32,000 bases of DNA from Pelodictyon phaeoclathratiforme BU-1 (GTDB lineage Bacteria; Bacteroidota; Chlorobiia; Chlorobiales; Chlorobiaceae): NCBI RefSeq assembly GCF_000020645.1, contig NC_011060.1, forward strand, positions 2,252,409 through 2,284,408, written 5' to 3'. Positions 1 through 10,553 of the stretch are shown in pieces; the stretch's first letter is position 1; each line of letters opens with the position of its first letter. Below the pieces are notes generated by a model that ran no database searches, had not been told where the DNA came from, and saw only the letters and a list, made by a program, of their open reading frames with translations. Both the position numbers and the translations under genes were made by a program.

Positions 1-2
1 AT

Positions 3-551
3 GTAGGCCAGCATCAGATGTGGACTTCGCAGTTCTATACCTTCATCAATCCACGATCGATCATCACCAGCGGTGGACTCGGCACCATGGGCTACGGCTT
101 GCCTGCTGCCATCGGAGCCGCCTACGGCATTACGGATCGCCCGGTTGTTCTCTTCAGCGGAGATGGAGGCTTTATGATGAATGTCCAGGAGCTTGTTACA
201 GCGGTACATGGTAAAGTCCCGATAAAGATCTTCCTGATCAACAACAGCTTTCTCGGTATGGTCCGCCAGTGGCAAGAGCTTTTCCACCAGGAAAAATACT
301 CCTTTACCGATATTGGCGACAGCAACCCCGACTTTGTCAAGGTTGCTGAAGCATTCGGCTGCAAGGCCATCATGGCCGACAATCCTGATCGTGCCAGAGA
401 GGCGATCAAGGAGGCGCTTGCCTGGAACGAAGGGCCGGTTCTTGTTGATTTCAGGGTTTTCAAAAAAGATATGGTCTTCCCTATGGTTCCCGCCGGAGGC
501 TCAATTTCAGATATGCTCCTGGAACGGTTGAATCCAAAAACAATGGTCTGA
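3..551 (+). CDS. ilvB: Acetolactate synthase large (catalytic) subunit, C-terminal part; the 5' end lies upstream of the window
   Basis: The frame is open from the window edge. The ThDP-binding region GGLGTMGYGLPAAIGA ... GDGGFMMNVQEL is typical of AHAS-type ThDP enzymes. ilvN and ilvC follow downstream. Confidence 0.9.
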   Translation, partial: VGQHQMWTSQFYTFINPRSIITSGGLGTMGYGLPAAIGAAYGITDRPVVLFSGDGGFMMNVQELVTAVHGKVPIKIFLINNSFLGMVRQWQELFHQEKYSFTDIGDSNPDFVKVAEAFGCKAIMADNPDRAREAIKEALAWNEGPVLVDFRVFKKDMVFPMVPAGGSISDMLLERLNPKTMV

Positions 552-560
552 ACCAGATTC

Positions 561-614
561 TGAAGAGGACTGCGAGTAAGAGAACACCGCAGGGTAAACT
601 CGCAGCCCTCTTCA
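561..614 (+). terminator. Long imperfect inverted repeat just 3' of the ilvB stop (possible terminator or RNA structure)
   Basis: TGAAGAGGACTGCGAGT (561-577) pairs with ACTCGCAGCCCTCTTCA (598-614): 17 bp with one mismatch and a 20-nt loop. No U-tract follows, so the terminator call is weak. Confidence 0.3.
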
Positions 615-790
615 TCTGATAACGAACTGAACAACCACCATCTCAGCCAACCACCCGCCAACTTTGGGAATTGCTTTGTGAATTACTTATAGTTAAAATC
701 AGTCAACGAGTTACTGATTGTGCTGTAATGTATAAAAATGGTAATACGCATCGGGTTCCAGATGCGTAAACAGATTTTGCCAACAAAACG

Positions 791-3700
791 ATGTGCACAA
801 CAAATTCCCTTCCGGAGAGCAAGCTGGCCAACGATCCGGTTTTTGCATTGCTGGAGTCCCTTCCTGAAGAAGCTCTTCTCATCGACCCAAACGGCATAAT
901 TCTTACTGCCAACACCCTGTTTGCCGCACGTTTCAGCATCTCTGCAGAGGAGTGCATCGGCTCTGTAGTCTATGATTTGATTGCAACCATACTGCAAATT
1001 CCAGAACAGGCGTTTCACTACAAAGAAAAGATTGGAGAGGTACTTCGCCTGGGCAAACGAATGGTTTTTGAAGATGGAAAAGGGAATTTGAATTGGAAAT
1101 TTACCATTAATCCCGTCTTGTCACCGGAAGGGACGATCACTCGATTGTTCATCACCATTGCAGATATCTCCCGGCAAAAACAGAAGGAGACAAGGTTCAA
1201 TGAATGCAAGGTAAAGTTTAACCAGGCCCTTGAAGCTGCACGAGCGGGCGTCTGGGAATGGGACTTGACAACGAACGATAATATCTGGTCGGACGAAATA
1301 TGGCCGTTATACGGGCTGGAGCCAACCAATAATAATCCCTCCTTCCATCTCTGGGCAAGTGTCATTCATCCTGAAGATCGTGACTCTGTCATAAGCGCTG
1401 TTACTGAAGCCGCAAAATGTGACGCCGAGCTGAACATTGAATATCGCGTCTGTTATCCCGACGGCTCCATGCACTGGCTGATGTCCCGAGGCAAACCCTT
1501 GCATGACCTCAACGGCAGGACAGTGCGCTACATCGGAACGATTATTGATATCACCAAACGCAAGGAGTTTCAGGAGAGGCTTCTTGCCGCCAATGAGCGA
1601 ATGCATTTTATTCTGGCCGCGACCAGTTCCGGTACCTGGGAACATGATATAACCACAAATACCAATATCTGGTCAGATGAAATATGGAGTCTCTACGGGC
1701 TTAAACCAAACAGTGTTGAACTGAACTATGAAAGCTGGATAAACACCATTATCCCGGAAGAGAGGGAACGAGTGAGACAAGCCACCATTGATGCCGTAAA
1801 TAAGGGTTGCGAGTTCATTTGTTCCTGGCGTATTCCCGGAGCTGATGGAGCAGTACGATGGCTCATGTCGAAAGGAACTCCGGTAAAAGATTCCGAAGGA
1901 AAAATAGTTCGGTATGCCGGTATCATGATTGACATCACTGATCAAAAACAGAGGGATGATGCACTCAAAGAGAGCGAAAATCGCTTCAGGATGGTGTTTG
2001 AAAAGCATTCATCGATCATGCTCGTTATTGAGCCCGATACGGGCAGAATCATAGACGTGAATCAAGCGGCTGTCAACTTTTACAAGTGGCCAACTGAAAC
2101 GCTCAAACAGATGACCATCCGGCAGATCACTACAGAGCCGTTTGAGAGCAGACAGAACCAGACCCATCAGATAGCCGATGGCTCAATACGTGATGTTGAA
2201 GTGTACAGTTGCTTGATTCCATTTGGTGAAAAGGAAATACTCTATGCCATCATGAACGACATCACGGAGCGCAAAAAGGTTGAACAGGCGCTAGCCGTAA
2301 GTGAAAAAATGTTTCGTTCCATTACCGAACAAATTTCCGAGATCGTTTTTATTACGGATCAAAGTGGAATTACAACCTATGTCTCACCTGCTGTTGAAAC
2401 AATTTCCGGCTATAAAGCTGATGAGGTGATTGGTCATCGCTTTGTCGAGTTTATGGCTGAAGAGGACATTGAGAGGGCGATCAGCTCGTTTCAGAATGGG
2501 TTGATGATGCAGGTGGATGAAGTGCTCGAATTCCGCTACAGAAAAAAAGATCGCTCTCTCTTTTACGCAGAAATTCATGTGCAATTTTATAAGCATGAAG
2601 GATTTATCGGATATATCGGATTGATACGCGACATTACAGAACGAAAAAAATATGAGCAGGAGTTAATCGAAAGCAGACAGCTTCTCAAGAGTATCTATAA
2701 TCAGGTCAATTACGCCATTTTTGTTGTCGACATTTTAACGGATGGCACTTACCGCTATAACTCCATTAACCCGCTCAGTGAGCAAATATCGGGCGTCACA
2801 AGTAATGAACTCGCCGGAAAAACACCTGAGCAATTCTTTCCTCCCCCTATTGCCAAATCGGTTACTCAGCACTATAACGACTGTATCCGTGAAAACAAGA
2901 TCATTCACTATGAAGAGTCCATGATGTTTCATGGCAAAAGCTCTTTATGGGAGACCGTGCTGAACCCTGTTCGTAATGAAAACGGAGCTATTTTCAGAAT
3001 TATCGGCACCAGCGTAGATATCACGGAACGCCGCCAAATCGAAGAGCAGAGAGCGGAACTTTCCGTTCAACTTCAACAGTCACAGAAAATGGAGATGGTC
3101 GGACGACTGGCTGGAGGTATCGCTCATGATTTCAATAATATGCTGACGGTTATTCTTGGTCATTCAGAAATGGCCATGGAAACGAGTGACCCCACACTGA
3201 AAACCTATGCCCAGTTTGTTGCTATCCACCAGGCGGCAACCCACTCTGCAAATCTGACCCGGCAACTGCTTGCTTTTGCCCGAAAACAGGTTGTCTCTCC
3301 AAAAATTGTTGAACTGAACACGGCGATTACAGAGATGCTTCCCATGTTGAGGCGTCTCATCGGTGAAAATATCATGCTGACCTGGATTCCGGAATGCAAA
3401 AATTGCTATATCAAAATTGATCCATCACAGATCGACCAGATTCTTGTCAATCTCTGTATCAATGCACGTGACGCTATAACTGGCAATGGCAGAATCACTA
3501 TCGATAACCGTTGTGTCACTCTGCCTGAAATCCCCTGTGAAACCGATAAAACTGCGTGTCACTCCGCAGACTATGTCTCACTTTCTGTACATGATGATGG
3601 ATGTGGTATTGAACCAAACGATCTTCAACATATTTTTGAGCCCTTTTTCACCACAAAAGAGAGTGGAAAAGGCACTGGACTCGGTCTTTCAACCGTCTAT

Positions 3701-4237
3701 GGCATTGTCAAACAAAACAACGGCAATATTGAATGCCGAAGTGAACAGGGAAAAGGCACAACCATAACGATTCAACTGCCCAAGCATATGGTACAGGCCA
3801 TAACGAATCCAGATAGAGATCAGAAGCAACTACTCAAGAAAGGGCATCAGACAATCCTGCTTGTCGAGGATGAACCTGGCATTCTCAAACTCTGCAAACT
3901 CATCCTTGAACAGAACGGTTATAACGTGCTGGCCTTTGAACGAGCCGCAGACGCCATTAGAATGGAAAAAAATTACCCTGGAACGATCGACCTTTTAGTG
4001 ACCGATGTCATCATGCCGGAAATGAATGGAGCCGAGCTTTCGAAAAAGCTGCTTGCCGCACGCCCCGGACTTAATGTGCTCTTTATCTCAGGTTACACTG
4101 CTGACATTATTCCCCAAAATACAATAGTTGACAGTCAGCTAAACTTTATTCAAAAACCGTTTAACCCCAAAACGCTGACGACAATCATCTATAATATCCT
4201 CAATCCGAAGTTGCATAAGACACCGGTAATGGAATAA
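791..4237 (+). CDS. Multi-PAS/PAC hybrid sensor histidine kinase with C-terminal receiver domain
   Basis: 1148-aa ORF. It has repeated PAS/PAC modules (e.g. GVWEWDLTTNDNIWSDEIWPLYGLEP and GTWEHDITTNTNIWSDEIWSLYGLKP; several D(I)TERK PAC ends). The HisKA H-box is GGIAHDFNNML. The HATPase G-boxes are DDGCGI and GTGLGLSTVYGIV. The receiver has ILLVEDEP ... LLVTDVIMPEMNG ... FISGY. Confidence 0.9.
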   Translation: MCTTNSLPESKLANDPVFALLESLPEEALLIDPNGIILTANTLFAARFSISAEECIGSVVYDLIATILQIPEQAFHYKEKIGEVLRLGKRMVFEDGKGNLNWKFTINPVLSPEGTITRLFITIADISRQKQKETRFNECKVKFNQALEAARAGVWEWDLTTNDNIWSDEIWPLYGLEPTNNNPSFHLWASVIHPEDRDSVISAVTEAAKCDAELNIEYRVCYPDGSMHWLMSRGKPLHDLNGRTVRYIGTIIDITKRKEFQERLLAANERMHFILAATSSGTWEHDITTNTNIWSDEIWSLYGLKPNSVELNYESWINTIIPEERERVRQATIDAVNKGCEFICSWRIPGADGAVRWLMSKGTPVKDSEGKIVRYAGIMIDITDQKQRDDALKESENRFRMVFEKHSSIMLVIEPDTGRIIDVNQAAVNFYKWPTETLKQMTIRQITTEPFESRQNQTHQIADGSIRDVEVYSCLIPFGEKEILYAIMNDITERKKVEQALAVSEKMFRSITEQISEIVFITDQSGITTYVSPAVETISGYKADEVIGHRFVEFMAEEDIERAISSFQNGLMMQVDEVLEFRYRKKDRSLFYAEIHVQFYKHEGFIGYIGLIRDITERKKYEQELIESRQLLKSIYNQVNYAIFVVDILTDGTYRYNSINPLSEQISGVTSNELAGKTPEQFFPPPIAKSVTQHYNDCIRENKIIHYEESMMFHGKSSLWETVLNPVRNENGAIFRIIGTSVDITERRQIEEQRAELSVQLQQSQKMEMVGRLAGGIAHDFNNMLTVILGHSEMAMETSDPTLKTYAQFVAIHQAATHSANLTRQLLAFARKQVVSPKIVELNTAITEMLPMLRRLIGENIMLTWIPECKNCYIKIDPSQIDQILVNLCINARDAITGNGRITIDNRCVTLPEIPCETDKTACHSADYVSLSVHDDGCGIEPNDLQHIFEPFFTTKESGKGTGLGLSTVYGIVKQNNGNIECRSEQGKGTTITIQLPKHMVQAITNPDRDQKQLLKKGHQTILLVEDEPGILKLCKLILEQNGYNVLAFERAADAIRMEKNYPGTIDLLVTDVIMPEMNGAELSKKLLAARPGLNVLFISGYTADIIPQNTIVDSQLNFIQKPFNPKTLTTIIYNILNPKLHKTPVME

Positions 4238-4466
4238 ACTCGCCACAGCATATCAGTACCAACATTTGCAAGCGAGGATGCATGGGAAACATACTTCCCG
4301 GCCCGGCCCACTCATTTCAAAAAAAACTTTATATTGACTTTCATGTAAAGTTATACACTCCGCGTTTTTTTACCTTCGGATATTACAGCCAGGAATATCT
4401 GTAAATTTTTTGTAAATGGGCACTGTAACCCATGCCATGAGTTACAGTAAAAGGGATCAATAAACT

Positions 4467-4943
4467 ATGAAACACATCATATCAGTACTGGTTGAAAACA
4501 AGTTTGGCTCTCTTAACCGGGTTGCCGCCATGTTCAGCGCCCGGGGGTTCAACCTTGAGAGCATCTCCATTGGAGAAACCGAGGATACGGAAATCTCACG
4601 CATGACCATTGTAACGAGAGGGGAAGACCAAATCGTCAGTCAGGTGCTCAAACAGTTGAACCGGCTGGTCGATACCATCAAGGTTACCGATCTCACCCGG
4701 CAGCCGCATGTTGAACGGGAGCTGCTCCTGATGACCCTGAAGCTCAGCAAGACGGTACAGCATGAGATTTTTGAGCTTATCAATGTTTTTAAAGGAAAAG
4801 TCGTGGATATAAAACAAAAATCCATTACTATTGAGGTCATCGGATCTCCGGACAAGATCAACACAACTATCGATATCTTCAAGCCGTACGGCATAAAAGA
4901 GCTTGCCCGTTCTGGCGCGGTAGCAATACACCGGGGAGAGTAA
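4467..4943 (+). CDS. ilvN: Acetolactate synthase small (regulatory) subunit
   Basis: 158 aa. The N-terminal ACT domain HIISVLVENKFGSLNRVAAMFSARGFNLESISIG is typical of IlvN/IlvH. It lies directly upstream of ilvC. Confidence 0.9.
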   Translation: MKHIISVLVENKFGSLNRVAAMFSARGFNLESISIGETEDTEISRMTIVTRGEDQIVSQVLKQLNRLVDTIKVTDLTRQPHVERELLLMTLKLSKTVQHEIFELINVFKGKVVDIKQKSITIEVIGSPDKINTTIDIFKPYGIKELARSGAVAIHRGE

Positions 4944-4985
4944 CCTGTTTTTTACTGAATCACCAATCAAACCTATTCTACCAAC

Positions 4986-5978
4986 ATGAACGTTTACTAT
5001 GAGCAGGATGCCGATCTCGGTTATCTTCAGGGAAAGAATATTGCAGTACTCGGTTATGGCAGTCAGGGTCATGCCCATGCCCTGAACCTCAAGGAGAGCG
5101 GCCTGAACGTCTGCGTCGGCCTTCGCCCCGAAAGCGCATCGTGCGCAAAAGCACGGGAAGCAGGCCTCGAAGTCAACACCGTTGCTGAAGCAACAAAATG
5201 GGCCGATATTGTGATGGTGCTTCTCCCCGACCAGAACCAGAAAGCGGTCTACGACGCAGAAATTGCTCCGAACCTTGTTGCCGGAAATACCCTTGCTTTT
5301 GGTCACGGCTTCAATATTCACTACAAACAGATTATTCCGGCAGAGTCAATCAACGTTATCATGATTGCGCCGAAAAGCCCCGGCCACCTTGTACGCCGTA
5401 CCTTTACCGAAGGCAACGGTGTCCCCTGCCTTATCGCAGTGCATCAGGATGCTACCGGAGAGGCCAAACAGCAGGCGCTTGCATGGGCAAAAGCTCTTGG
5501 CGGAACCAAGGCTGGCGTTATTGAAACCTCCATCAAGAATGAGACTGAAACCGATCTTTTCGGTGAGCAGGCTGTGCTGTGCGGCGGTTCTGCCGAACTG
5601 ATCAAAGCCGGTTTTGAAACCCTTGTTGAAGCAGGATACCCGGAAGAGCTTGCCTACTTCGAATGTATGCATGAGCTGAAACTGATTGTGGATCTCTATT
5701 ATGAAGGCGGCCTTTCAAGAATGAACTACTCCGTCAGCGATACCGCTGAGTACGGCGGCATGACCCGCGGACCACGCCTTATCACTCCTGCGGTGAAGGC
5801 AGAGATGAAAAAAATTCTTGAAGAGGTACAGGATGGCCGTTTTGCCAAAGAGTTTATCGATGAATGCAACGGTGGCTACAAAAACCTGAACAAACTCAGA
5901 GAGGAAAACAGTGGTCATGCCATTGAAAAGGTAGGCGCAAAACTTCGCGACATGATGAGCTGGCTGATCAAAAAATAA
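4986..5978 (+). CDS. ilvC: Ketol-acid reductoisomerase (class I)
   Basis: 330 aa. Rossmann motif [15 protein letters not shown], then LLPDQ and the C-terminal knotted domain ([14 protein letters not shown]) characteristic of KARI. Confidence 0.95.
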   Translation: MNVYYEQDADLGYLQGKNIAVLGYGSQGHAHALNLKESGLNVCVGLRPESASCAKAREAGLEVNTVAEATKWADIVMVLLPDQNQKAVYDAEIAPNLVAGNTLAFGHGFNIHYKQIIPAESINVIMIAPKSPGHLVRRTFTEGNGVPCLIAVHQDATGEAKQQALAWAKALGGTKAGVIETSIKNETETDLFGEQAVLCGGSAELIKAGFETLVEAGYPEELAYFECMHELKLIVDLYYEGGLSRMNYSVSDTAEYGGMTRGPRLITPAVKAEMKKILEEVQDGRFAKEFIDECNGGYKNLNKLREENSGHAIEKVGAKLRDMMSWLIKK

Positions 5979-5994
5979 CCCATTCAACAGAAGA

Positions 5995-7053
5995 ATGTAC
6001 AAGATTGTCTCAATACCAGGTGACGGTATAGGCCCGGAAGTGGTTGCAGGAGCTGTTTCAGTACTGGAGCAGCTCTCCAGAAAACATGGCTTTGAAATTG
6101 TGATTGAAGAGCACCCCTTTGGCGGCGCCTCCTGGGAACTGCATGGAGAGATGCTCACCCAGGCAACGCTTGATGCCTGCCGGAACTGCGATGCCGTACT
6201 GCTTGGAGCCGTTGGCGGCCCCAAATGGGAGAGCCTGCCACACGAACACAAGCCGGAAGCTGCGCTGCTCAAAATCCGAAAAGAGCTTCAACTCTTTGCC
6301 AACCTCAGACCGGCAAAAGTCTACGACGCACTGATCGACGCATCCTCACTCAAAGCAGATGTGGTTCGTGGCACCGATTTCCTTGTTTTCAGAGAACTTA
6401 CCGGCGGCATCTATTTCGGCCAGCCACGCGGCTTCGATGAAAACCGGGGCTGGAACACCATGGTCTATGAACGCTATGAAGTTGAGCGCATCGCCCGTCT
6501 GGCCTTTGAAACAGCCCGGAAACGGAAGGGCAAGGTCGTCTCGATCGACAAGGCAAATGTACTTGAAGTATCACAGCTCTGGAGAAATGTGGTGCATGAA
6601 CTGCACAAGGAGTTTGCCGATGTGGAGCTGAGCGACATGTATGTAGACAACGCTGCAATGCAGATTGTCCGCAATCCGAAACAGTTTGATGTGATTGTAA
6701 CAAGCAACCTCTTTGGTGACATTTTGAGCGACATTGCAGGCATGATTACCGGCAGTCTCGGTATGCTCCCTTCTGCAAGCATCGGTACAAAATATGCCCT
6801 CTACGAACCAATCCACGGAAGTGCACCGGACATTGCCAGCCAGAACAAGGCCAACCCGATAGCCACCATAGCATCGGTAGCCATGATGTTCGAACACAGC
6901 TTCAAAGTTCCGGAGATTGCCCGTGAGATCGAGCAGGCAATTGAGTCCGCCCTTGCCTCCGGCTGCCGGACAGCAGACATAGCCAATACAGGTGACAGGG
7001 TGATTTCAACAACAGAGATGACAGAAGCAATTGTCAGGCACCTCGGCGCCTGA
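5995..7053 (+). CDS. leuB: 3-isopropylmalate dehydrogenase
   Basis: 352 aa. IVSIPGDGIGPEV at the N-terminus, NLFGDILSD and GSAPDIA motifs of the isocitrate/isopropylmalate dehydrogenase family. Context is the leu cluster. Confidence 0.95.
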   Translation: MYKIVSIPGDGIGPEVVAGAVSVLEQLSRKHGFEIVIEEHPFGGASWELHGEMLTQATLDACRNCDAVLLGAVGGPKWESLPHEHKPEAALLKIRKELQLFANLRPAKVYDALIDASSLKADVVRGTDFLVFRELTGGIYFGQPRGFDENRGWNTMVYERYEVERIARLAFETARKRKGKVVSIDKANVLEVSQLWRNVVHELHKEFADVELSDMYVDNAAMQIVRNPKQFDVIVTSNLFGDILSDIAGMITGSLGMLPSASIGTKYALYEPIHGSAPDIASQNKANPIATIASVAMMFEHSFKVPEIAREIEQAIESALASGCRTADIANTGDRVISTTEMTEAIVRHLGA

Positions 7054-7074
7054 TCAAAAAAAAGGCCAAAAAGA

Positions 7075-8646
7075 GTGGTGAAAGAGAAGATAATCGTATT
7101 TGATACAACCCTGCGCGACGGAGAGCAATCCCCCGGGGCCTCGCTCAATGTGCAGGAAAAGGTAGAAATTGCCCGGCAGCTTGAAAAACTTGGGGTAGAT
7201 GTGATAGAGGCTGGTTTTCCGGCTTCATCACCCCTGCAACTTGAAGCGGTTCAGCGGGTAAGCGCAGAGTCCAAAGCCGTTGTGGCCGCACTGGCCAGAG
7301 CGGTGGAAAAGGACATTACCGCCGCCTGGAAGGCGCTGCAGCAGGCACGCAAACCCCGCATTCACACCTTTATCGGCACCTCCGATATTCATATCACCGG
7401 GAAATTCGGCAGTGACCGTTACGGCCTCAGCCTGCAGGAAAAGCGGCAAACCGTTCTCAACATGGCGGTGAACGCCGTAACCTTTGCCAAAACCTTCACT
7501 TCGGATATTGAATTTTCCGCTGAAGATGCAGGACGCACCGATCAGGGTTTTCTCGCAGAAATCATCGAAGCCGTTATTGCGGCAGGTGCAACCACCGTCA
7601 ACATTCCCGACACCACAGGCTATACCTGGCCTTCAGAATTTGGCCGGAAAATAGCCGACCTCCGGAGCCGCGTCAGCAACATCGGCAATGCCATCATCAG
7701 TGTCCACTGCCATAACGACCTCGGTCTTGCCGTAGCAAACACACTCAGTGCAGTTGAACATGGCGCTCGTCAGGTGGAGTGCTCCATGAACGGCATCGGA
7801 GAGCGGGCCGGAAACGCTTCGCTCGAAGAGATTGTGATGGCGCTGAAAGTACGCAGCGACCTGCACAACTTCTACACCGATATCGTCACCGAAGAGCTCT
7901 ACAATACGAGCCGTATGGTCTCGACCTTTACCGGCATCATTATCCAGCCCAACAAGGCAATTGTTGGCGACAATGCATTTTCACACGAATCGGGCATTCA
8001 CCAGGACGGGATGCTGAAAAACCGGCAAACCTATGAGGTGATGACACCTGAATCGGTAGGAGTGCCGCAAACAAGCATCGTGCTTGGCCGCCACTCCGGC
8101 AAACACGGTCTCTCATCCCGTCTTCTGAGCCTTGGCTATAACCTTGATGATACCGAACTCGAAGCGGTCTACAAGCGCTTTGTTGAAGTTGCCGACAAAA
8201 AAAAAGAGGTCTATGACGATGACCTGAGAGTGCTGATGGGCGATGAACGGAGCAAGCCGAAAAACGCTTATGAGCTCGATTACCTCCACATCAACAGCGG
8301 TACAGCCTCAATTCCGACCGCAACCATCAGGATCCGGCACAAAGAGCAGATCTTTGAAGAATCCGCAATCGGCGACGGCCCGGTAGATGCCTGCTTCAGA
8401 GCCATTGAGCGTGCCCTTGGCATCGAATCGATGGTTACCTCCTACTCCGTCCGCTCCACCACTGCCGGACGTCAGGCACTCGGAGAGGCGCTTGTCCGCA
8501 TCCGGGACAAGAATGTCTCCTTTAACGGAAGAGGGGTCTCGACCGATATCATAGAGGCCAGCGCCAAAGCCTATCTGCAGGCTCTCGGCCTGCGCCAGCA
8601 TCATTTTGACAACATCACTACAGAAACCATAGAAAGCGGGGTTTAA
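7075..8646 (+). CDS. leuA: 2-isopropylmalate synthase
   Basis: 523 aa, GTG start at 7075. FDTTLRDGEQSPG and VHCHNDLGLAVAN motifs of the HMGL-like/DRE-TIM family, plus a C-terminal LeuA-type regulatory domain. Confidence 0.9.
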   Translation: MVKEKIIVFDTTLRDGEQSPGASLNVQEKVEIARQLEKLGVDVIEAGFPASSPLQLEAVQRVSAESKAVVAALARAVEKDITAAWKALQQARKPRIHTFIGTSDIHITGKFGSDRYGLSLQEKRQTVLNMAVNAVTFAKTFTSDIEFSAEDAGRTDQGFLAEIIEAVIAAGATTVNIPDTTGYTWPSEFGRKIADLRSRVSNIGNAIISVHCHNDLGLAVANTLSAVEHGARQVECSMNGIGERAGNASLEEIVMALKVRSDLHNFYTDIVTEELYNTSRMVSTFTGIIIQPNKAIVGDNAFSHESGIHQDGMLKNRQTYEVMTPESVGVPQTSIVLGRHSGKHGLSSRLLSLGYNLDDTELEAVYKRFVEVADKKKEVYDDDLRVLMGDERSKPKNAYELDYLHINSGTASIPTATIRIRHKEQIFEESAIGDGPVDACFRAIERALGIESMVTSYSVRSTTAGRQALGEALVRIRDKNVSFNGRGVSTDIIEASAKAYLQALGLRQHHFDNITTETIESGV

Positions 8647-8653
8647 GAATACC

Positions 8654-9949
8654 ATGGCACAAACAATAACCCAGAAGATCCTTTCAAAAGCCGCAAACAG
8701 AAAATTTGTCGACGCTGGTGAAAGCGTTTGGCTGAATGTCGACATCCTCCTTACCCACGATGTCTGCGGGCCACCAACCTTTGATATTTTCAAGCAGGAA
8801 TTTGGCGCCGACGCAAAAGTATGGGATCCCCGTAAAGTTGTCGTCCTGCCTGACCACTATATTTTTACGGCAAACGAGCACGCCCATCGCAACATTGATC
8901 TCTTGCGCCAGTTTGCAAAAGAGCAGCAGCTTGAGCACTACTATGATGTCGGCACCGACCGCTACAAAGGCGTCTGCCATGTAGCCCTGGCGGAAGAGGG
9001 ATTCAATCTGCCCGGCACCGTGCTCTTCGGAACCGACTCCCATACCTGTACTTCCGGAGCTTTCGGCATGTTCGGCTCGGGCATTGGCAACACCGATGCA
9101 GCCTTCATTCTTGGCACTGGCAAGCTCTGGGAAAAAGTTCCGGAATCCATCCTCTTCACCTTCGATGGTCAGATGCCCGAATATCTGACAGCAAAAGATC
9201 TCATTCTGCAGATTCTTGGCGACATCACAACCGACGGCGCAACCTATTGTGCGATGGAATTTGACGGCGAAGCGATTTTTTCCCTTCCGATGGAAGAGAG
9301 AATGACCCTGACCAACATGGCCATCGAAGCGGGTGGCATGAACGGCATCATCGCAGCAGACAGCATCGCAGAAAATTATGTCAAGGCAAGAAGCCAGAAA
9401 CCCTACGAGCTCTTCCAGAGCGACCCGGATGCCCGATATCACAGCAAGTACCGCTACGACGTCAGGACGCTTGAACCTGTGGTTGCACAGCCGCACAGCC
9501 CCGACAACCGCGCCACCGTCAGAAGTGTTCAGGGAACAAAGATTACCAAGTCCTATATCGGCTCCTGCACCGGCGGCAAACTGACCGATTTTATGATGGC
9601 CGCAAAAATTCTGAAGGGTCATAAGGTTTCCGTTACCACCAACATCGTGCCAGCCACAGTAAAGGTTGCCCGTGACCTTGAGTGCGAACTCTACGACGGA
9701 CAGAGCCTGAAACAGATCTTTGAAGATGCCGGATGCACCATTGCCCTTCCCTCATGCGCCGCATGTCTGGGTGGCCCTGCCGATACCGTCGGACGCTCGG
9801 TTGACAACGATGTTGTCGTCTCAACCACAAACCGCAATTTCCCCGGACGAATGGGCAGCAAACATGCAGGGGTATACCTTGCCTCCCCACTCACAGCAGC
9901 CGCATCGGCAATTACGGGTAAACTCACCGATCCGAGAGATTTCCTCTGA
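8654..9949 (+). CDS. leuC: 3-isopropylmalate / (R)-citramalate dehydratase large subunit (aconitase family, short archaeal-like type)
   Basis: 431 aa. Aconitase-family motifs (GTDSHT, Fe-S cysteines in IGSCTGG and PSCAACLG, NRNFPGRMG). Confidence 0.9.
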   Translation: MAQTITQKILSKAANRKFVDAGESVWLNVDILLTHDVCGPPTFDIFKQEFGADAKVWDPRKVVVLPDHYIFTANEHAHRNIDLLRQFAKEQQLEHYYDVGTDRYKGVCHVALAEEGFNLPGTVLFGTDSHTCTSGAFGMFGSGIGNTDAAFILGTGKLWEKVPESILFTFDGQMPEYLTAKDLILQILGDITTDGATYCAMEFDGEAIFSLPMEERMTLTNMAIEAGGMNGIIAADSIAENYVKARSQKPYELFQSDPDARYHSKYRYDVRTLEPVVAQPHSPDNRATVRSVQGTKITKSYIGSCTGGKLTDFMMAAKILKGHKVSVTTNIVPATVKVARDLECELYDGQSLKQIFEDAGCTIALPSCAACLGGPADTVGRSVDNDVVVSTTNRNFPGRMGSKHAGVYLASPLTAAASAITGKLTDPRDFL

Positions 9950-9983
9950 TCGCACTTGAACTTTGGGCAAACAGACACAAATA

Positions 9984-10550
9984 ATGGAAACCATCATTCA
10001 GGGAAAAGCCTACGTTTTAGGCAAAAATATTGATACCGACCAGATCATTCCAGCCGAACATCTGGTCTACAGCCTCTCCGATCCCGAAGAGGTGATTCTC
10101 TACGGCAAATATGCCCTTTCAGGAGTACCACCCGAACAGGGAGGGCTGCCCCAGGGCAACATCCTCTTCATCGAGGAGGGAAGCTGCCACTCAAACTATA
10201 CGATCATCATTGCCGGGCCAAACTTCGGTTGCGGATCGTCACGGGAGCACGCTCCCTTCGCCCTCAAGGTTGCCGGAGTCAAGGCCATTGTAGCCGAATC
10301 GTACGCACGTATTTTTTATCGCAACTGCGTTGACGGCGGTTTTGCCATCCCCTACGAAAGTGCGGAACAACTGAACCAGCTCATCAAAACCGGTGACGAA
10401 CTGAAAATCGACGTCGAAGCCAACACCATCGAAAATCTGACAAGCAACATCACCTACAAGCTCAATCCCCTTGGCGATGTCTTCAATATTGTTGAGGCTG
10501 GCGGTATTTTTGCCTATGCCCGTCAGGAAAATTTAATGCCCCAACACTGA
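9984..10550 (+). CDS. leuD: 3-isopropylmalate dehydratase small subunit
   Basis: Aconitase swivel-domain protein (GPNFGCGSSREHAP). The ORF track starts at a TTG at 9963. I prefer the ATG at 9984 (METIIQGKAY...), so the start is uncertain. Confidence 0.85.
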   Translation: METIIQGKAYVLGKNIDTDQIIPAEHLVYSLSDPEEVILYGKYALSGVPPEQGGLPQGNILFIEEGSCHSNYTIIIAGPNFGCGSSREHAPFALKVAGVKAIVAESYARIFYRNCVDGGFAIPYESAEQLNQLIKTGDELKIDVEANTIENLTSNITYKLNPLGDVFNIVEAGGIFAYARQENLMPQH

Positions 10551-10553
10551 TTT

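Noticed and set aside
8684-9622. Long antisense ORFs inside the ilv/leu genes (8684-9622, 4596-5321, 5715-6272, 122-661, all minus strand)
   Set aside because: They lie opposite well-supported genes, have Arg/Gly/Ala/Cys-rich shadow-frame compositions, and carry no recognisable motifs.
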